This document shows positions 38,001 to 53,000 of a DNA stretch of 64,000 nt, in pieces. How positions within the stretch are numbered: the first letter of the stretch is position 1; each line of letters opens with the position of its first letter. The notes beneath the pieces were generated by a model. That model saw nothing but the letters and a program-made list of their open reading frames with translations. It ran no database searches and was not told where the DNA came from. The stretch lies in contig NOWV01000262.1 in the NCBI GenBank assembly GCA_003344405.1, forward strand, positions 1 to 64,000, given 5' to 3'. Source of the stretch: Trichoplax sp. H2 (Eukaryota). Made by a program: the position numbers and the translations under genes.

Positions 38001-41000
38001 TAAAATTTTTCCTATTATCATGTTTCTTTAAATACTTGAGAAGACTAATACTGCAAGTTTTACTTTATTAATAAAGGTAGTGGTCTATGAGTTAGGGTTA
38101 TTTGCTACTTTAAATATCATCAGTATCGAATTAAATTCAAAATATAACAAAATTCTAAATGTTCTAGTGGGGTATAAACAATTACTCATACTGTAATCGC
38201 TAAATGTGTATTAGTGTATCAAAACAATTTAGGATATCGTACAATCATTTTTTGACTAGAGACATTTTTAATTTAGTACATAAATTTATTCAGATAGTTC
38301 CAGTAACAAATAACTAACACTAACTGTCAGTCCTAAGCTATACAACTGTTATTTTTTAATTAATCTTCAGTAAGAGGCTTTTCACTCTGAATTTTGATTA
38401 TTATAATAAAAACCTTGTTGGTGCCATAATACAGATAATTTTTAATTCTATATTCGCTATATTATGCTATAAAAAACAAATTTTCGTTTTTCGGTATAAC
38501 TTATTTATTTAAATTATAAACTATGAAGTATTTGTATTTAAGGAGAATTATATATATATATATATATATCCATCTACATATATCATTGTCACAAACTTAT
38601 GTTGTGAACTACTACACTAAACTAATAGATTACTTATGCCTTACTCCACTACACCTAGAGTTCTAGTGCATGGCACTTCTATACTACTTACGGTCGCACA
38701 GGGATAAGACTGTTCTACAAGATTAGTATACTTTTTACTAATGGAGTAGCTGAGTACCTTCTCGTACACGATCTAATAAAGAACTCAGGAACTGAACATT
38801 CGCTCGTCCTTTTATACCCTTCCACTAAATTTGTGGTGCACACATAGTAACTTTACAATATAAGATTTACATAATTTGTATAGCTAAATGCTAACAAAAT
38901 CTATTTAATTAGCAAGTACGGTGCTTTGCTCCGTAACAATCATCATAACAGTCTATTATGGCTTGACTACTATCCAATTGGATTTATAATTGAAGGAATT
39001 AGTAACTTTTGACCTTGCATGTTTTTCAATTATTAATGCATAATCTTCGAGAGTGCGACAAAAGATTATTAATTACTTACATCCCAATTAGAAATGGCCC
39101 GACACGTTCATATAAATCTCTTACGAAGGTGTTTAATATTATTGGATTATCGCTTACATCTCTATATTATTAAAAAAAATTTGGAAACCTTTATGGATCC
39201 TTCCCAGATAGTAGTTTATCTTAGTTAGAAACAGCTGATAAAAGATTTAATAAAGGAAATTGTAGTTGAAGCCGAAACCTCATTAGATGAACATAATTTT
39301 GGTATTCATAATGTAGTAGAAGTATTAACTGTAATGATGTGACAATATTTAGGATTTATAAGATGATCTACAGTATACTAATATGCCAATTTGAGGGTAA
39401 AGATTTATTTACATACAATTTTAAATTGATTATTGCTGCCATTCCATTAATAAATCTAGGCCAGTTATTACCTACCAATTTTCTACAAAAGTAATGATAA
39501 AGTTTTTGTTTCTATTATTATCATTGAAAAGGCATACAGTAACTACTATTAAGAATTTTGAGAATAATCGTTTTTAATATAAAATTAGACTAATTTTTAA
39601 CTCTAGTCTTTATCATTCCATTAAAGCAAACTTACAAGTCGTTAACTAAATTCAATTTATCAAGAAAGTCTTTCTGCACATCTATTCCATTTGCAATCAG
39701 ATTGGTGTAGCTCATATCACTGATAAAGATATACAAAGTAAAGGCTGAACTCTAGCAATACCGTTTATTAAGCTAATGATATTAAGTTCTTTATCAATGA
39801 ACCATTAGCCAGCAACTTACATTTTAGTGACTTGATAGAATAAGCGATCACAGTTGCCGTCAAATTCTAGGATATTGTTATATGCTAAATTTCTAAAATT
39901 GAACAGCAACATAATCTGATTAGTCTGCCTTATTTCTGATAGTTTATAAGAATATTAACATAAAGATTTAAAACTGCAGGGAAGAACTGCAGCGGTTAAA
40001 AATAATTGCCAATTGAACTTATTACTTACAGAGATCTGAGTACCGGAGGCAATCCTGAGCAATTCAAGTACGTAATCTTGTTTCCAGCTAAATTGCTAAA
40101 ATTAAAATTGATTCAATTGCTATGTTGAGAAAAGTCATAAGTTATACTGTATAAAATTATCTATTTTAGCCTTCGATAATATTCCGTAAAATACTTAAAA
40201 AATATTATTTATACAAATCTTCACAATAACTTAGCATCTGCCTTCTGATTTATTGTCACGGTACGCCGTTACTAATTAAGTAACTGTAAATTAATGAATG
40301 CTTATGAATAGATAAGATAAGGTTATGTGCTATGTTTTAATGCGCTTGTAGCTGATAATAGGATGGTAGAAATGAGATAAAAATAGCAGTTGTTAGCAGT
40401 TAATTTACTGTAGGTTTATAAGGTGTGTTAATCTCTAAAAATTGAGCTGTGCATGTGTAATGTAACTTAGTATTGTGATTGTAGACTGTTAGCCATGTGT
40501 AGTATAATGTACGGTAGATATTTATCCTAAGAGATATTTGGTAGCTGTAACTATAGACTGTAGTGGTAGAGACTCTATGCTAGAGTACAGATGACTATAT
40601 ACAGTAAGCTGTTGAGTTACTAATATGGCTATAGGTAAAAATAGAACTGTAAATCATATATTATGATATGGTTAATTGATTGTACTTTGGCTGGTGTGAA
40701 TAATGCCTGCGTAAGTACTGTAGTCGTATCCATATCGGATTAAGGATGGTCCGCAGTAGAATAGTGTTACTAAGAATAATTTAACTATGTGTAAAATAAG
40801 GTAAAAGGTTGCCATGCGGATTATAGCTGCGAATGCTACGGAAAGTATAAAAGCATGCAACTATAGATTATTCTGTTAGTTCGTTGTAGAAGTCTTTAGT
40901 AGTAGTATTCGGCTAGAGTAGAGCTGTGTAGTTAATCTTTGTATAAGATTCAATAAAGCCCTTATTTTTCTAAAATTTGGAATTTCGTGATCGGTATATA

Positions 41001-44000
41001 TCACAACATGGACGAAGGTTAAGCGTCTTAACACCTGATAGCTTGTAGCTATCTAAGTCTGAGAATATCGACATGTATATTTAGTAATGGTATTATACTA
41101 ATTAATGTAACTTGTAAAGCATGAATTCTCACTCGTTAATATTGGAATTCACTGTAGAAACCTATTTAAGCGCGTGTGTTTGTAGAATAAAGTAAGTAAT
41201 TGCTCAAGAAACGGCAAGACTCATATCGTGAAGAATAGTGTAATAATTAGTCAGTTGTCTGTGGAGATCAGCCGAGAAATCGAGTTCTCAAATACTTCTC
41301 TCATTGAAACTGTAGTACTGGGAGAAAAAACCCAAGGTTTAAGTAACTACACTAGAGTTCTTTACTTTCCTTTGCCACAAGTGAGGGTTGTGACATTTAT
41401 ATATAATACTTATTTGATTACATCTACGAAACATCGCTAATAATCCAATAAAAAGAGTATAAAAACAAAATTCAAGGCCTAAATTAATAACTGTTTGACA
41501 TATGCCAAGTTGAATTAAGAAATTTTTGTGGATTAAACGAAATTGTAATAGTTCTCATTAGTTATGGTAAAATATTTGTCGTTTCTTTTAACTGATTCAA
41601 AGACTATCATGCTTGTTATAGCTATGGGTAATTCACCTACAATTTGTATCACATAACAATAGATGTTATAAGAAGTATACAATATGTATAAATTGTCTAC
41701 TAAATATGAGTTCGTTCTTTCGTATATTTACTTACAGGTTTTCAAGAAAAGTTAATCCCAATTCGTCTTGATCAGACAAGGTTACTTTGTTATTACTTAA
41801 ATCGCTGAATGAAGAAAAAGAACCTGATTAAACTTTTGGTGCAATTAATTTATCGCGTGTGTAATAAAGTAGCCATCTTGCTTACAGAATTCTTAAATTT
41901 CGGTAACGTGAAAGTAATTTATTTCTTAATTCGGTTATAGCATTATTACTTAAATACCTGAAATTAAATTACTTAGATTACCTTTACAAAATCATACATA
42001 CTGGTAAATTCAGAATTACCTTAAGGTCTAAAATTGCAATTTTGATGAAATTTTATTATCAATGATTTGAATTGTATAGGTAACTAAAATCACTTACAAT
42101 TGGCTGAGATACGGTAATGTGACATTAAAGATCTTTGCAATATCTTCAATGCGATTAGAATTTAAGTTTCTTTTATATGAAGGTAAATGAGGCAAGATTA
42201 ATAATTATAAGACATATCCAGAATTTCTTTAGATTGAATAAATGTTAAAGTCTTCACCAAAAGGACAAGAATGGCATAATGTGCCTAATGATGAAGTATT
42301 AATATATCTTACAATATTCGTATGTTTTGCAATCCTTTCAAAATAGGATTAAGTTCCGATATTTGGTTATGTTGCAGATGCCTAAATGAAGTATTACGTA
42401 TAAGTGTTAAAAAATTATTTAAACGAAGTAAAAATAAACGTCTTACTAGGTAAGCGTTATACATATATCTTACAAAGTATTCAACTTTGTATTCATGAAG
42501 TAGTTTTCTCTCAAAATTCCAATCTGGTTATAATCAAGGTACCTTATAAGAAAATAGTCAATTGTGATATAAGAAATAGTTCTCAGCGTGTCTTTAGATG
42601 CATAAATTCTAATGTTTATTTAATGCAATTAGTGTACATAATTTGGTACAGTAAATCGAAATATTGGTTTTTTCATTAATAAAATGAATTCCTAAAAATT
42701 ATAGAACAGTAGCATAACCCTAAGATATATATTAATTTAAAGTTTACGAAAAGAAATTAAATTGATGGCGTATATTATAATCGCAATTACAATACGATTT
42801 ACAGCATCAACAGATTACTTACAGCTCTTTCAGACTTGTTAATTTTGCAAAATCTTGAACGTTTACGAATGTTATACGATTCGATGTTAACGATCTAGAC
42901 GGTAAATTTATCAATTATATCTTCTGTTATTTAACACTCCTGATAGCTGCGCTATTTTATTCTTAAATAACTGTATCTATATAATATATATCAGTTTGTG
43001 GATAAAATGTCAAGATACAAATAGTAATAATCTAATTCGACGCAAAATTACAAAACTGTATTTGCTATGTTAGTAGAATCAGGGACCACTTAATCAAAAT
43101 TGTACTCCCGCACGATTTTGATTGAATAATCCCATATAGAATGTTAATAATTTATTAGGTAATATGCCAAATTTTCCAAACAACACTACCTCATTGTATA
43201 AATATTAAGCACTAAAAATGCGATTGTAATTAGAACATAATGTATAATGCTATACAAAGTAGACAAAGTAATAAGTAGTGCTCAAATAGCGCTTATTTTT
43301 CAAGTACATCTTCATCCTCATGATTAATACTTTTCGCAAAGCACAACACTTGTCAATTTTATAATAATTAAGCTATCCCTTAATTTAATACTAGTATAAA
43401 TTAAGTCCTAACAAATTCAACCGTCCAAATATACTTACCGTAATAGAAGTATTCATATACTACTCATATGGAAAAGTTTATTCGGTTAGATAACATGCTA
43501 TACTTAGCTCATAAACTTACACCACAATAAGTTGAGATAGTGATCTTATAAAATCTAATTTCTGTAGCTTGTTATTCCTTACAAATCTACAAAATTATCA
43601 CCAGAAAATAATTTATAGGAGATTCTAATAGGAAATTTTCCAATAATTTTTTAATAAAATCATTAAAAATTGAAGAAGTAAATAAAGCATTTTTAAAGAT
43701 TCTTTAAGGCTGTAAACTATGTAACCAAACCAACTCTGGTATAGCTATTGCAAGGAATAGCCTTTTGAATCAACTTACAATGATTGTAACCTTGACAAAG
43801 GTTCTAACGCGTCTATATGTATAAAATCTAGGCGATTGGAGGAGATATTTCTGCAGCATTTAGATAGAATTTAGCGGTTAATAGTATTTAATTCGTACTG
43901 TAACATTAAATATAATGGAAAAGACACCTTTATCTAGCATTTTAACGTTTAATTTTTCTTCATTCCATGAAATGACAACATTCGCAATGAATTTGTTTAT

Positions 44001-47000
44001 GCAATAATTAAATTTTAATTATAATTGATACAAAACAATTTCACTCATTTCGACAGAATTAAGTAATATGGTATTTTACTGATAAAATAATTGATAATTA
44101 TAACTATTAGAATCAAGAATAATCGGTTTGAAATTATACACTGATCAAAGAAAAACTACCTCATTACCGTTAGGTTTACAGTCTACCAAAAGAAATCTAT
44201 TTTCTAATCAACAATTACTATCTATCTTTGGATAGAAACTAGCTCAACTTCTACCGACTCATTAAATATTTTTTCCAAGGACATATTACATTGTAATTCA
44301 TTACTCAGTTGGTTCATTTTAAAGCTTTTTAAACAAACAAAATTTTAAAAGCAACAATGTCAAGCCTACGAATTAGTTAGCATAATGCTAAATTTGCCTG
44401 TCTTATTCAGAAGATGGATTAGAAATTTTACTAGTAAGTAATAACGTAAATTTATTTCAAGTTACACCAAAAAATCATCTAATTATATTATAAGGGCCGT
44501 AACTTTTTCCAGCATTAACGGAAAAGGTGCAAATAGGGCTTACATTGAAAGCACCTGATTGTAGTTCTTCATCTCGAACAGATTTTTCACGCTTCTTATG
44601 TTGGTATACCTATTGCCTGTTAAATCACTAATATAAATTTCAATAGAAATATTGGTAAGTTAAAGTAAACAAATATAAATATGACTAAATGCTTACATTA
44701 ATTTCTGCTTAGGTTCAAACTCCAGTGATAATACTTACAGACTAATTAGGTGATCCAGAGTAGAAAAATTGAGTAGCTTTGATTCGTGAAGTTTATTGTA
44801 AGATAAATTACTTTTTTCAAGCAAGATAAAAAATGTAAATATTGTAACGAAATAATTAGGATATCAAAAGTTAAATGCATTAAAATGAAGTTATAGCGTT
44901 AATTAAAATTTTTTGTCATTGCATCACTAAACAAATTCATTCCTAAATTGACTTACAGGGTTCTACAGTCCCCAAACTCTAGGTGTCTTATTTCTAATAG
45001 AAAGTTGTTGGTCAAATCCCTGTATTAGAAAAATATTTATTAAAAGGAACAATCAATAGAAATGAAATATTCCGCGATATGTTACTATAATAAAGCTTTT
45101 TCTTTAAATATTTTCTAGATTAATAGTCTTATAACTCAGTCATTTGCTCTTTTGGGACTGTGCTTCAATTTGTTGCTATGCAACAAACATGGTCGATTTT
45201 ATTCCGATTACGCAATACTGGAGTTGTCATAACATTTATGTAACCATAGAACTTGTTAGGACTTACAAGCTATGTTTCACTGTGGCCTTCCTTCCACTGC
45301 TAGCTAATTTACTTTTGCTATAAAGCTTTAATGGATATGATCTTGATAGTCCTCTAAATAGATATAAGTGATCATTAATAAGTAATGTATCGTGAAATTA
45401 TATTGTAATACTTTCAATGTGCTATAATATTAAATTTTAGTGCAATGTCTTAGTTGTTTATAAGAAAATATCACTAAGTGTAAACATATCATAAGATTAA
45501 ATCAGAAGTTAGATGTATAGCATACAAGAAATCCATAAATGTCACAACAGGTAATTTAAATTCTTGAAAATTTCTGATAGGGTTGCCGCTAAGCTCTCTA
45601 ATAAAATTATATTTAAAATAGACTTTCTTGGTAAATGTTTTAGTTCATTTCACCAGATATCTTTCAAAACTGTATATAAATTTAATGTAATTAATCAAAA
45701 TCTGGTTTACATAGTGAATAAATTAATTATTAAAGAAGTTGCACTTACAGTGATTGTAATTTTATCAGGCCTGAGAATGCATTAGAATCAATATAAGATA
45801 TTTTGTTGGTTTGTAAACGTCTAAGCATGACAGAAAACATATTGAAGACAAGAAATTACTCATCATATAAGTAAATACTTCAGCTCTAGCTATTCACTTG
45901 ATAACAATCAAAGTGACTAAGTAAAAAAAATTATCGTAAAATAAAAAGGTTTATTTACTGCTATAGAGTTTAACGTTAGCTATATGGATTGGTTATAATT
46001 TAGAATAAATAAAAGCATAATTTTCTAGAATTTATAGTTGTGACAGTGTTATATACTGTATTAGAGTAGAAGTATTTATGTTAGGATAATTTTGTTAGCC
46101 TATCCTTTTTATTTAACTTCTAATTTGGATATACTGTGTTTTAAAATAGCACTGGCTTTTTATGACATTCACATATATATAAATACATATACTGAAATTA
46201 ATAGTTATATTATGGAATTCGAATTATCTACTTACAATTCGAATCATTGTGATTGTAACTTACTTATGGTAGATTATAGATTATCGTAGAAATGTCCCGT
46301 TATACGACATATCGTAATCTGACTATTCTGTATTAGTCATCAGATGTCAATCTTCGTGAATACTGTTGTCTGCATTAGGGAGCATTAGCTAAAATTAATG
46401 TCTAATTTAGTGAATGATTCCAAAGTTAATCGTACTAACTATGACTCATGAATTATTGAGGAAGAGTATATAATCGCAATATATCGTATAATAAAGTTAA
46501 TTCTTAAACTTAGTGTTTAATGTAAAATACGAGGCATCTAAGTCTTTGTGCAGTCTGCAGGTAGAGCAAAAGTGTTTCTGATAGTGCAGATATCGCTCCT
46601 TGATACGTGGTTCAAGAAATTGATTTATTGATCGTACATTACGTTATCGTGCTGCAATGCTGTTTTGTGGCCATTGTGGAGAGCTTAGTTAAATTATTAA
46701 TATAACTGATTGTTACAAATCTCCTATGTAACTAGAAAACGGATCTTAAACACTATCTTCACTAGCACTCGTGTTTCCAACTAACTTAGGCACCTATTGT
46801 AGTTGAACTAACTCTCAGCTACACAAATGAGCTACTAATGAGTAATAGGTTTAAATTATTCACTTTATTTACGTTAATCTTAGTCGTAAAATGTACTGAA
46901 GAAAAACGTAGAACATTCTTAGCAAAAATAGTCAAGTGATCCTGCAAGTGACTAAATTGAACTGAGCAGCTAAGCTAGTGCTCGGCTTTTTATAGTCTCG

Positions 47001-50000
47001 GCACACACCGATGGTGCTCTTGTGAATATTCTTGACATAGTGACTTACACTGTACAGTATACATATCCTAGTATAGGAGTTCAGTCAGAAGAAGTTAACA
47101 TAGATCGGTATAAGTCAACGCTAATTAACATTAGATGAATTAATGAGCCAACTAGAGCCTCAAGGCTCTGCAAAGTAATTGCACCTTACACTTAAGGAGT
47201 TATTAGTTAACGTTTACTAACTAAGTGTGTTAGCTCCGACACGTCAACAATATTGAACTTTCTGATACCTTGGCAATAACAACTTATTAATAAACATTAA
47301 TATCTAATAAGCTACTGGAGCAAACAACAATTTAAATGAGATAGTTTAATTAACATAGCAGTTATTATTTCGGAGCATAGCTCCGTAACACTGATCTTTT
47401 ATTGAATGCACTAGTAATGAGAGGTTGAGATAATTTTTCCGTAAGTTGATACAAAATAACTTGCATTAGTAACGAAATACGAATAACTTCCAAAGTTAGT
47501 TAGCGGTATCAGTTTTAGAGCTTTTAAATTAGCTTAGTAATGCGCAAATTACGTAAGTGAATATGAATAACTAAGTTTTAAGATTTAGTATCTTTCCTAT
47601 TATTACATTTCAATATTTGCTTGCTTTGCATTGTCCTTAACTTTGACATCAAACAATTTTCCAAAGTAAAAATAAAATGAATAGCCGAATCAATGCGTCA
47701 TTTATAAAAAGAATTACAAGGGGTAAATGTATGCTTGTGTTACAGTGTTATATACTGTATTACAGTAGAAATATCTATGTTTGGATAATTCTATTAGACT
47801 ATCCTTATTTAGTTAACTTCTAATTTGGATATACTATGTTTTAATATAGCACTGACTTTTTATGACAGTGACACTTATACACATACTGAAATTAATAGTT
47901 ATAATAGGGAATGCAAACCATCTACTTACAGTTCGAATCATTGTGATTGTAATTTACTTATGGTAGATTGTAAATTATCATGGAAATGTTCCGTGATAGG
48001 ACATATCGTAATCTGACTATTCTGTATTAGTCATTATATATCTATATTCGTAAATACTGTTGTCTGCATTAAGGGAGCAGTAGCTATACTTAATATCTAA
48101 TTCAGTAAATGATTCTGAGGTTAATTGTATTAACTATGACTCATGAACTATTGAGGAATAGTATATAAATGCAGTATATCGTGCAATAAAGAGAATTCTC
48201 AAACTTAGTGTTTAACGTAAAATACGAGGCGTTTAAGTCTTTGTGTAGTCTGCTAATAGAGCAAAAGTGTTTGTGATAGTGCAGATATCGTTCCTTGATT
48301 CGTGGTTCAAGGAATTGACTTATTGATCGTATATTGCGTTATCTCGTTGCAAAGCTGTTTTGTGACAGGTTGCTACTTACAATATTTTAAGATTCGTAAG
48401 ATACTCAAACTGATAGGCGCTTAATGATTGAAGTTCATTTTCATTTAGATTTCTAGGTCAATTTCAAGAATTTTAAAGAAATTATTATTATTATTATGGA
48501 TAAATATAGTTTATATCGTTCGTCAAACAAATACAAATATTAGTGAACTCACAAGTCCTTAAGACTAATCAACGGTGTAAAGATAACGGAATCCAAATGA
48601 GTTAATTTATTACCAGCCAAATCTCTATTTCATATTATTGAAGAAATGATAGAATCAGTACATAGATAGCTAGTTAAATAAAATTAATGCAAGCCTGATT
48701 ATCTTTATAGCATAAGATACAGTCTGGAAGCAATAACCAACTAAAAAACTTTTTTCATTTAAGACAAAATAATTAAAAGCAATTTTCCTTCGCAGAAATA
48801 TTTAAATTCTGCTACAACTACGGTATCTACCAATTAGGAGTAATTGGAAAATTAGCTGAATGCAATGGTGGCAATGCAGTAGCTTTTATTTACCCAAAAA
48901 TTTAGATATAGCTTTATATTTCGATCTGTTTTTTTTACGTACAAAGTGGTAAGATTGAATAAATCTTCAAATGCTGTGGCATTGATTACGGAGATGTTAT
49001 TGAATGTTAGCTCCCTAAGAATAAAAATTCGATAAGTACTTTAAAATTTTTTAATATATTGTATGATTTTATAATATGCTGGGAGAATTTTAACATTAAT
49101 GATTTTTGCCGAGTAAAAGACATTTGAAGGAATTATTGTTAATAACAATTTTAGACCTGCAATTGATAAAAAGATAAGTAATAAATAATTACAGTTTTAA
49201 AAGACTTTCAAGGCCGGAAAACTGGTAGCTCTCCAATAAATTTAATCGGCTATTAATGATACTCCTATTTAATATTCAAACAGACGTGAATAATTTTTCA
49301 AGAATTCATCTTTCACTAATTTACGTAGAAAAGTTTCAATATTAACAGAGCTTGTAAATGTCACTTAATGAAGATATAAAGCACTCCAAAACTATGTAAC
49401 TATGACAAAAGCGAATTAAAAGCATAACAATTATTTACTAATTAAGTCATTAAAGTATATTTTGTGCACAGAAATATTGATAACTGCGAGTACGTGAAAA
49501 CTATTGCGGTTGCTGTAAAATATTAATTAAAGTACAATTATTTTGTTTATGAAAGGATTTTAAAGAAGTGTTATAGAAAATATTTATTAATTTATTCATC
49601 AAATTATAGAAAACAATTTCGACCTTATGATAATAATTGTTCATAAATAAAATGTGGATTTAGGTAGCCGATTTGTTAAGTAGTACTAAACTGCACGAAT
49701 TGATCTTAAAAGCCAATAGTAAAGTAGAATAGTATACACGTTGATCATGTAGTTGTCTATGGGATGAAATGTAGAGCAGTACCGATTAGATCAGTACAGA
49801 GACTAATATTAGACGAATAATTCTTCATAATGCCAAATTACAAGGCAGTTTTACGGGACCAACGAAGGTAGAGTATACCTATTTTATATTATCGCCTTGT
49901 GTCATAACCTAGAGCATGATAGTAACTTACAAAGATGTTGCCATGAGCATGGATTTAAATATTTTAGTAGGAAGATGGGATATGATATTGTGGTCCATAA

Positions 50001-53000
50001 CTCTACAAAAAATTATTTATATTAATTGAGAATATTAAAAATCGAAACACGACGGCTTACTGAGTTTCACTTTCGTCAAATTCTAGAATATCACCAAAAA
50101 GCATTACTAATCTAAACCCTACTCTACTTCATTTAAATTTGCCCTAATATCATTTCATTATCATAATTTGATTTAAATTATCGATCTAACTATTCCAATA
50201 CTTTTATCATACATACAATGCTTTAATTTTATTCAGTTGCCGGAAAGATGTTGGAGCAATAAACCGAAAAAAATTGCTATTTAAGTACCTGTGTAAATAT
50301 GATTAGAAATTGCATAAAACAATGTTCGTTTTTAAATTAGTGATTATTAATTTTTATACATCATGTAAAAGAGACGATTTAGTATCGCTTAATTCTTACA
50401 CATTCTCTAAGTTAGGAGCACATATGGTTTCTGGATAAATATGAGTCAGTTTATTGCGATCTAATCTCCTGGTTATTAATATTTGTCAGTATTAAAAGCA
50501 AGCTCTCTATTTATTTAGTTTACAAACATCGACCAATTATAATGTTGTATTTAATCTCAATATCCAAAATTTTATACTGAATCGGAATTCGATTAATAGA
50601 CAATCTCGCTTATATACAATATAAGTGTATTTAACAATCCTTTATTATAACTGACTCGGAAGCGCTAATCTTATTGAGACTGAGTAATGAATCTTATATG
50701 TAGATCTATTCTAATAATATTCCCGAAAATTCAAGTATCACATTAATAGCAATCTTCGTAATAGCTTGGCTAAGGTAGAGGAATGTGCATTATATGGCAT
50801 ATAAATAATGTAGGCTAGTATTATAATGTTCTTTATGGCAGCTTTACGTAATCATAGACTGTGATTAATGTGATTAAATGACGTAGTTGTGCAACTAATA
50901 CTACGCGCCAAAGGTCTTGATTTACTTAATTGTTAATCTAGAGGCAGATACCTATTCATAAAATTTCTTAGATAAGTGGGCTAATGTTAATTATTTATTA
51001 ATATTGACTATTTAGAATATTTACGAATAAATAATCTTCATAATATTGGTAGAGTTTATAAAATTTAATTTCGTCAAAAATGATATAAATTCTTCTCTTT
51101 AGCCTATTACCATGGAACATTAATTTCATATCGTTGTTGAGTACGAAATTGGCAAGACTTACAACAATCTCAGTTGTTCAAGACCGCAAAAGGTTTTATT
51201 TTCTATCGTTAGCAGTCTGTTGACAGAAACGTTGCTGCATGAAGGGAGACAAGACGCATCTCATAAGTATCGATGTTAATTATGAAGTCGTTAAGCAATA
51301 ATTATATCCACAGTAATATTACTTTTTTAATTGATTGCCGATAAAAATATTACGAATGTGCCAGCGTGTCACAATCAAGCAGTAACGTTGTTATCTAACT
51401 ATAAGAGGTTAAGACTAGAGGTTGCTCTCCGGTGTTAGAGAATTACTAAGCTCAAATCAACAATTTACAACAAACTAAAAGTAGATCTAGTAGCCTTGCA
51501 ATACAGTCCTGCACAAAACAGCGAAGTAAGTGAATAGTGTTAAAAACCGAAATAAAATTAGATTATTGTGCCAGGAATAACGTTGTCTAGTTCAATAGCA
51601 CGCGGTATTTTTCAGAATGATGTAGGTGCAAAATGTAATATACTAAAATCTATTAGCCAAGTGTAATGGTCTGCATAGAATAAAGTATGTTAGTGGACTA
51701 TGGCTTATGAAGAAACGGTGAAGAAAGGTAGCAGCATTGCGGCTATTATACTAGGATGTCTCGAAAAGCCTGAACTATTCTTCTTATAAACTAAGTGCGC
51801 GACATTTAGAATACAGGAGCTTAACGAGGTCTATATGGTTATAATTGTCCTAAATTGTGAACCTGTAAAGAGTTGGAGTAAGCACTGAAGCTCGATATAA
51901 GTATCGAGTATATGCCTTATCAGGAGGACATTGGTTAACTAGAATAGTTAGTTATAAGAAATAAATTGGTATGCTTTACTATTTTATTATTTTAGACTAG
52001 CTTACACAAATCTATAATTGTTATAAACTGTAATAAAGAAGACTTTCATTTCTACTCAAATTTCTACTTTTATTATGGGCTGTAGCGGTAGAACTGATTA
52101 CAATAGTCGACCTTAATACATATCATCTGGTTTTTGTTTATTAGCTCTCTATATGACAATGAGGACTGTTGCATATTTTGCTCGGTACCTAATAAACTTA
52201 AGGTCATCATGTTACATTATTATAAGGTCTTACGACGCTAACAAAATAACTTAATTTTTATGCAATTCGAAATATGGGTATATACTCTAAAAATTTATGT
52301 ATATGTATGAACAGATAAAGAACTACATGAAATTCTATCATAAGCCAAGGTTTACTGCTTTGTTGTGATTTAATTATGCATTATTCTTGTACATCATCTT
52401 CTAATATTTCGTTATCTACGGCAAGACCACGTATTAAATGCAAAAGTATGTTTAACTTAACACGGTTAAATGCTCTCATAACCTACTTACAATATCATGA
52501 GATTTGTTAAGCTTCTCAGATGATGACGTTGTAAGTTCTCTAAACGGTTACCTGTTAGTGCACTATAAAGCTCATTTTTAAGTCGTGGATTAAAGTATAT
52601 AACTCAGAATAACAAACAGTCACTATACAAATCAAATCCTGTGGTAAAAGTTGGCTCCGATATTAATCTAAAAGTGTCTAGAGGTGTACGAAACTGGCAA
52701 ATTTATTTATTTAAAAATGATATGAGCTAACCGGCTTAATAGTTGGATAAATTATGCACTTTGACGAAAGAGTTTTCTATCTGAATTATTAGATGATCGA
52801 AAGTAAAGATTACTTATTTTATCTTATCTTCTTGTGTCACATACTTGGTCGTGATATTATGTTAGTAAGGTTTATGTTTCGTAATTTATTTTTAATCGTT
52901 TAGAAAGCAAATCAGACTAATGTAAAGAAGGACTAAAAGGAATATCCAATTATAATGGCTTACAAAGAGAAATCAGGAATGATATTAGCCACTGCAGCGA

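Noticed and set aside
46092..48016. Two similar short ORFs (46092-46289, 47825-48016) suggesting a small gene family
   Set aside because: Both lie inside family-A LTR copies, so the similarity is repeat-derived. The same applies to ORF 40672-40860 in B2.
46039..48367. A2 and A3 as the paired LTRs of a single non-autonomous retrotransposon
   Set aside because: Each copy has its own near-perfect TSD, the outer flanks do not match, and no PBS or PPT was recognised.
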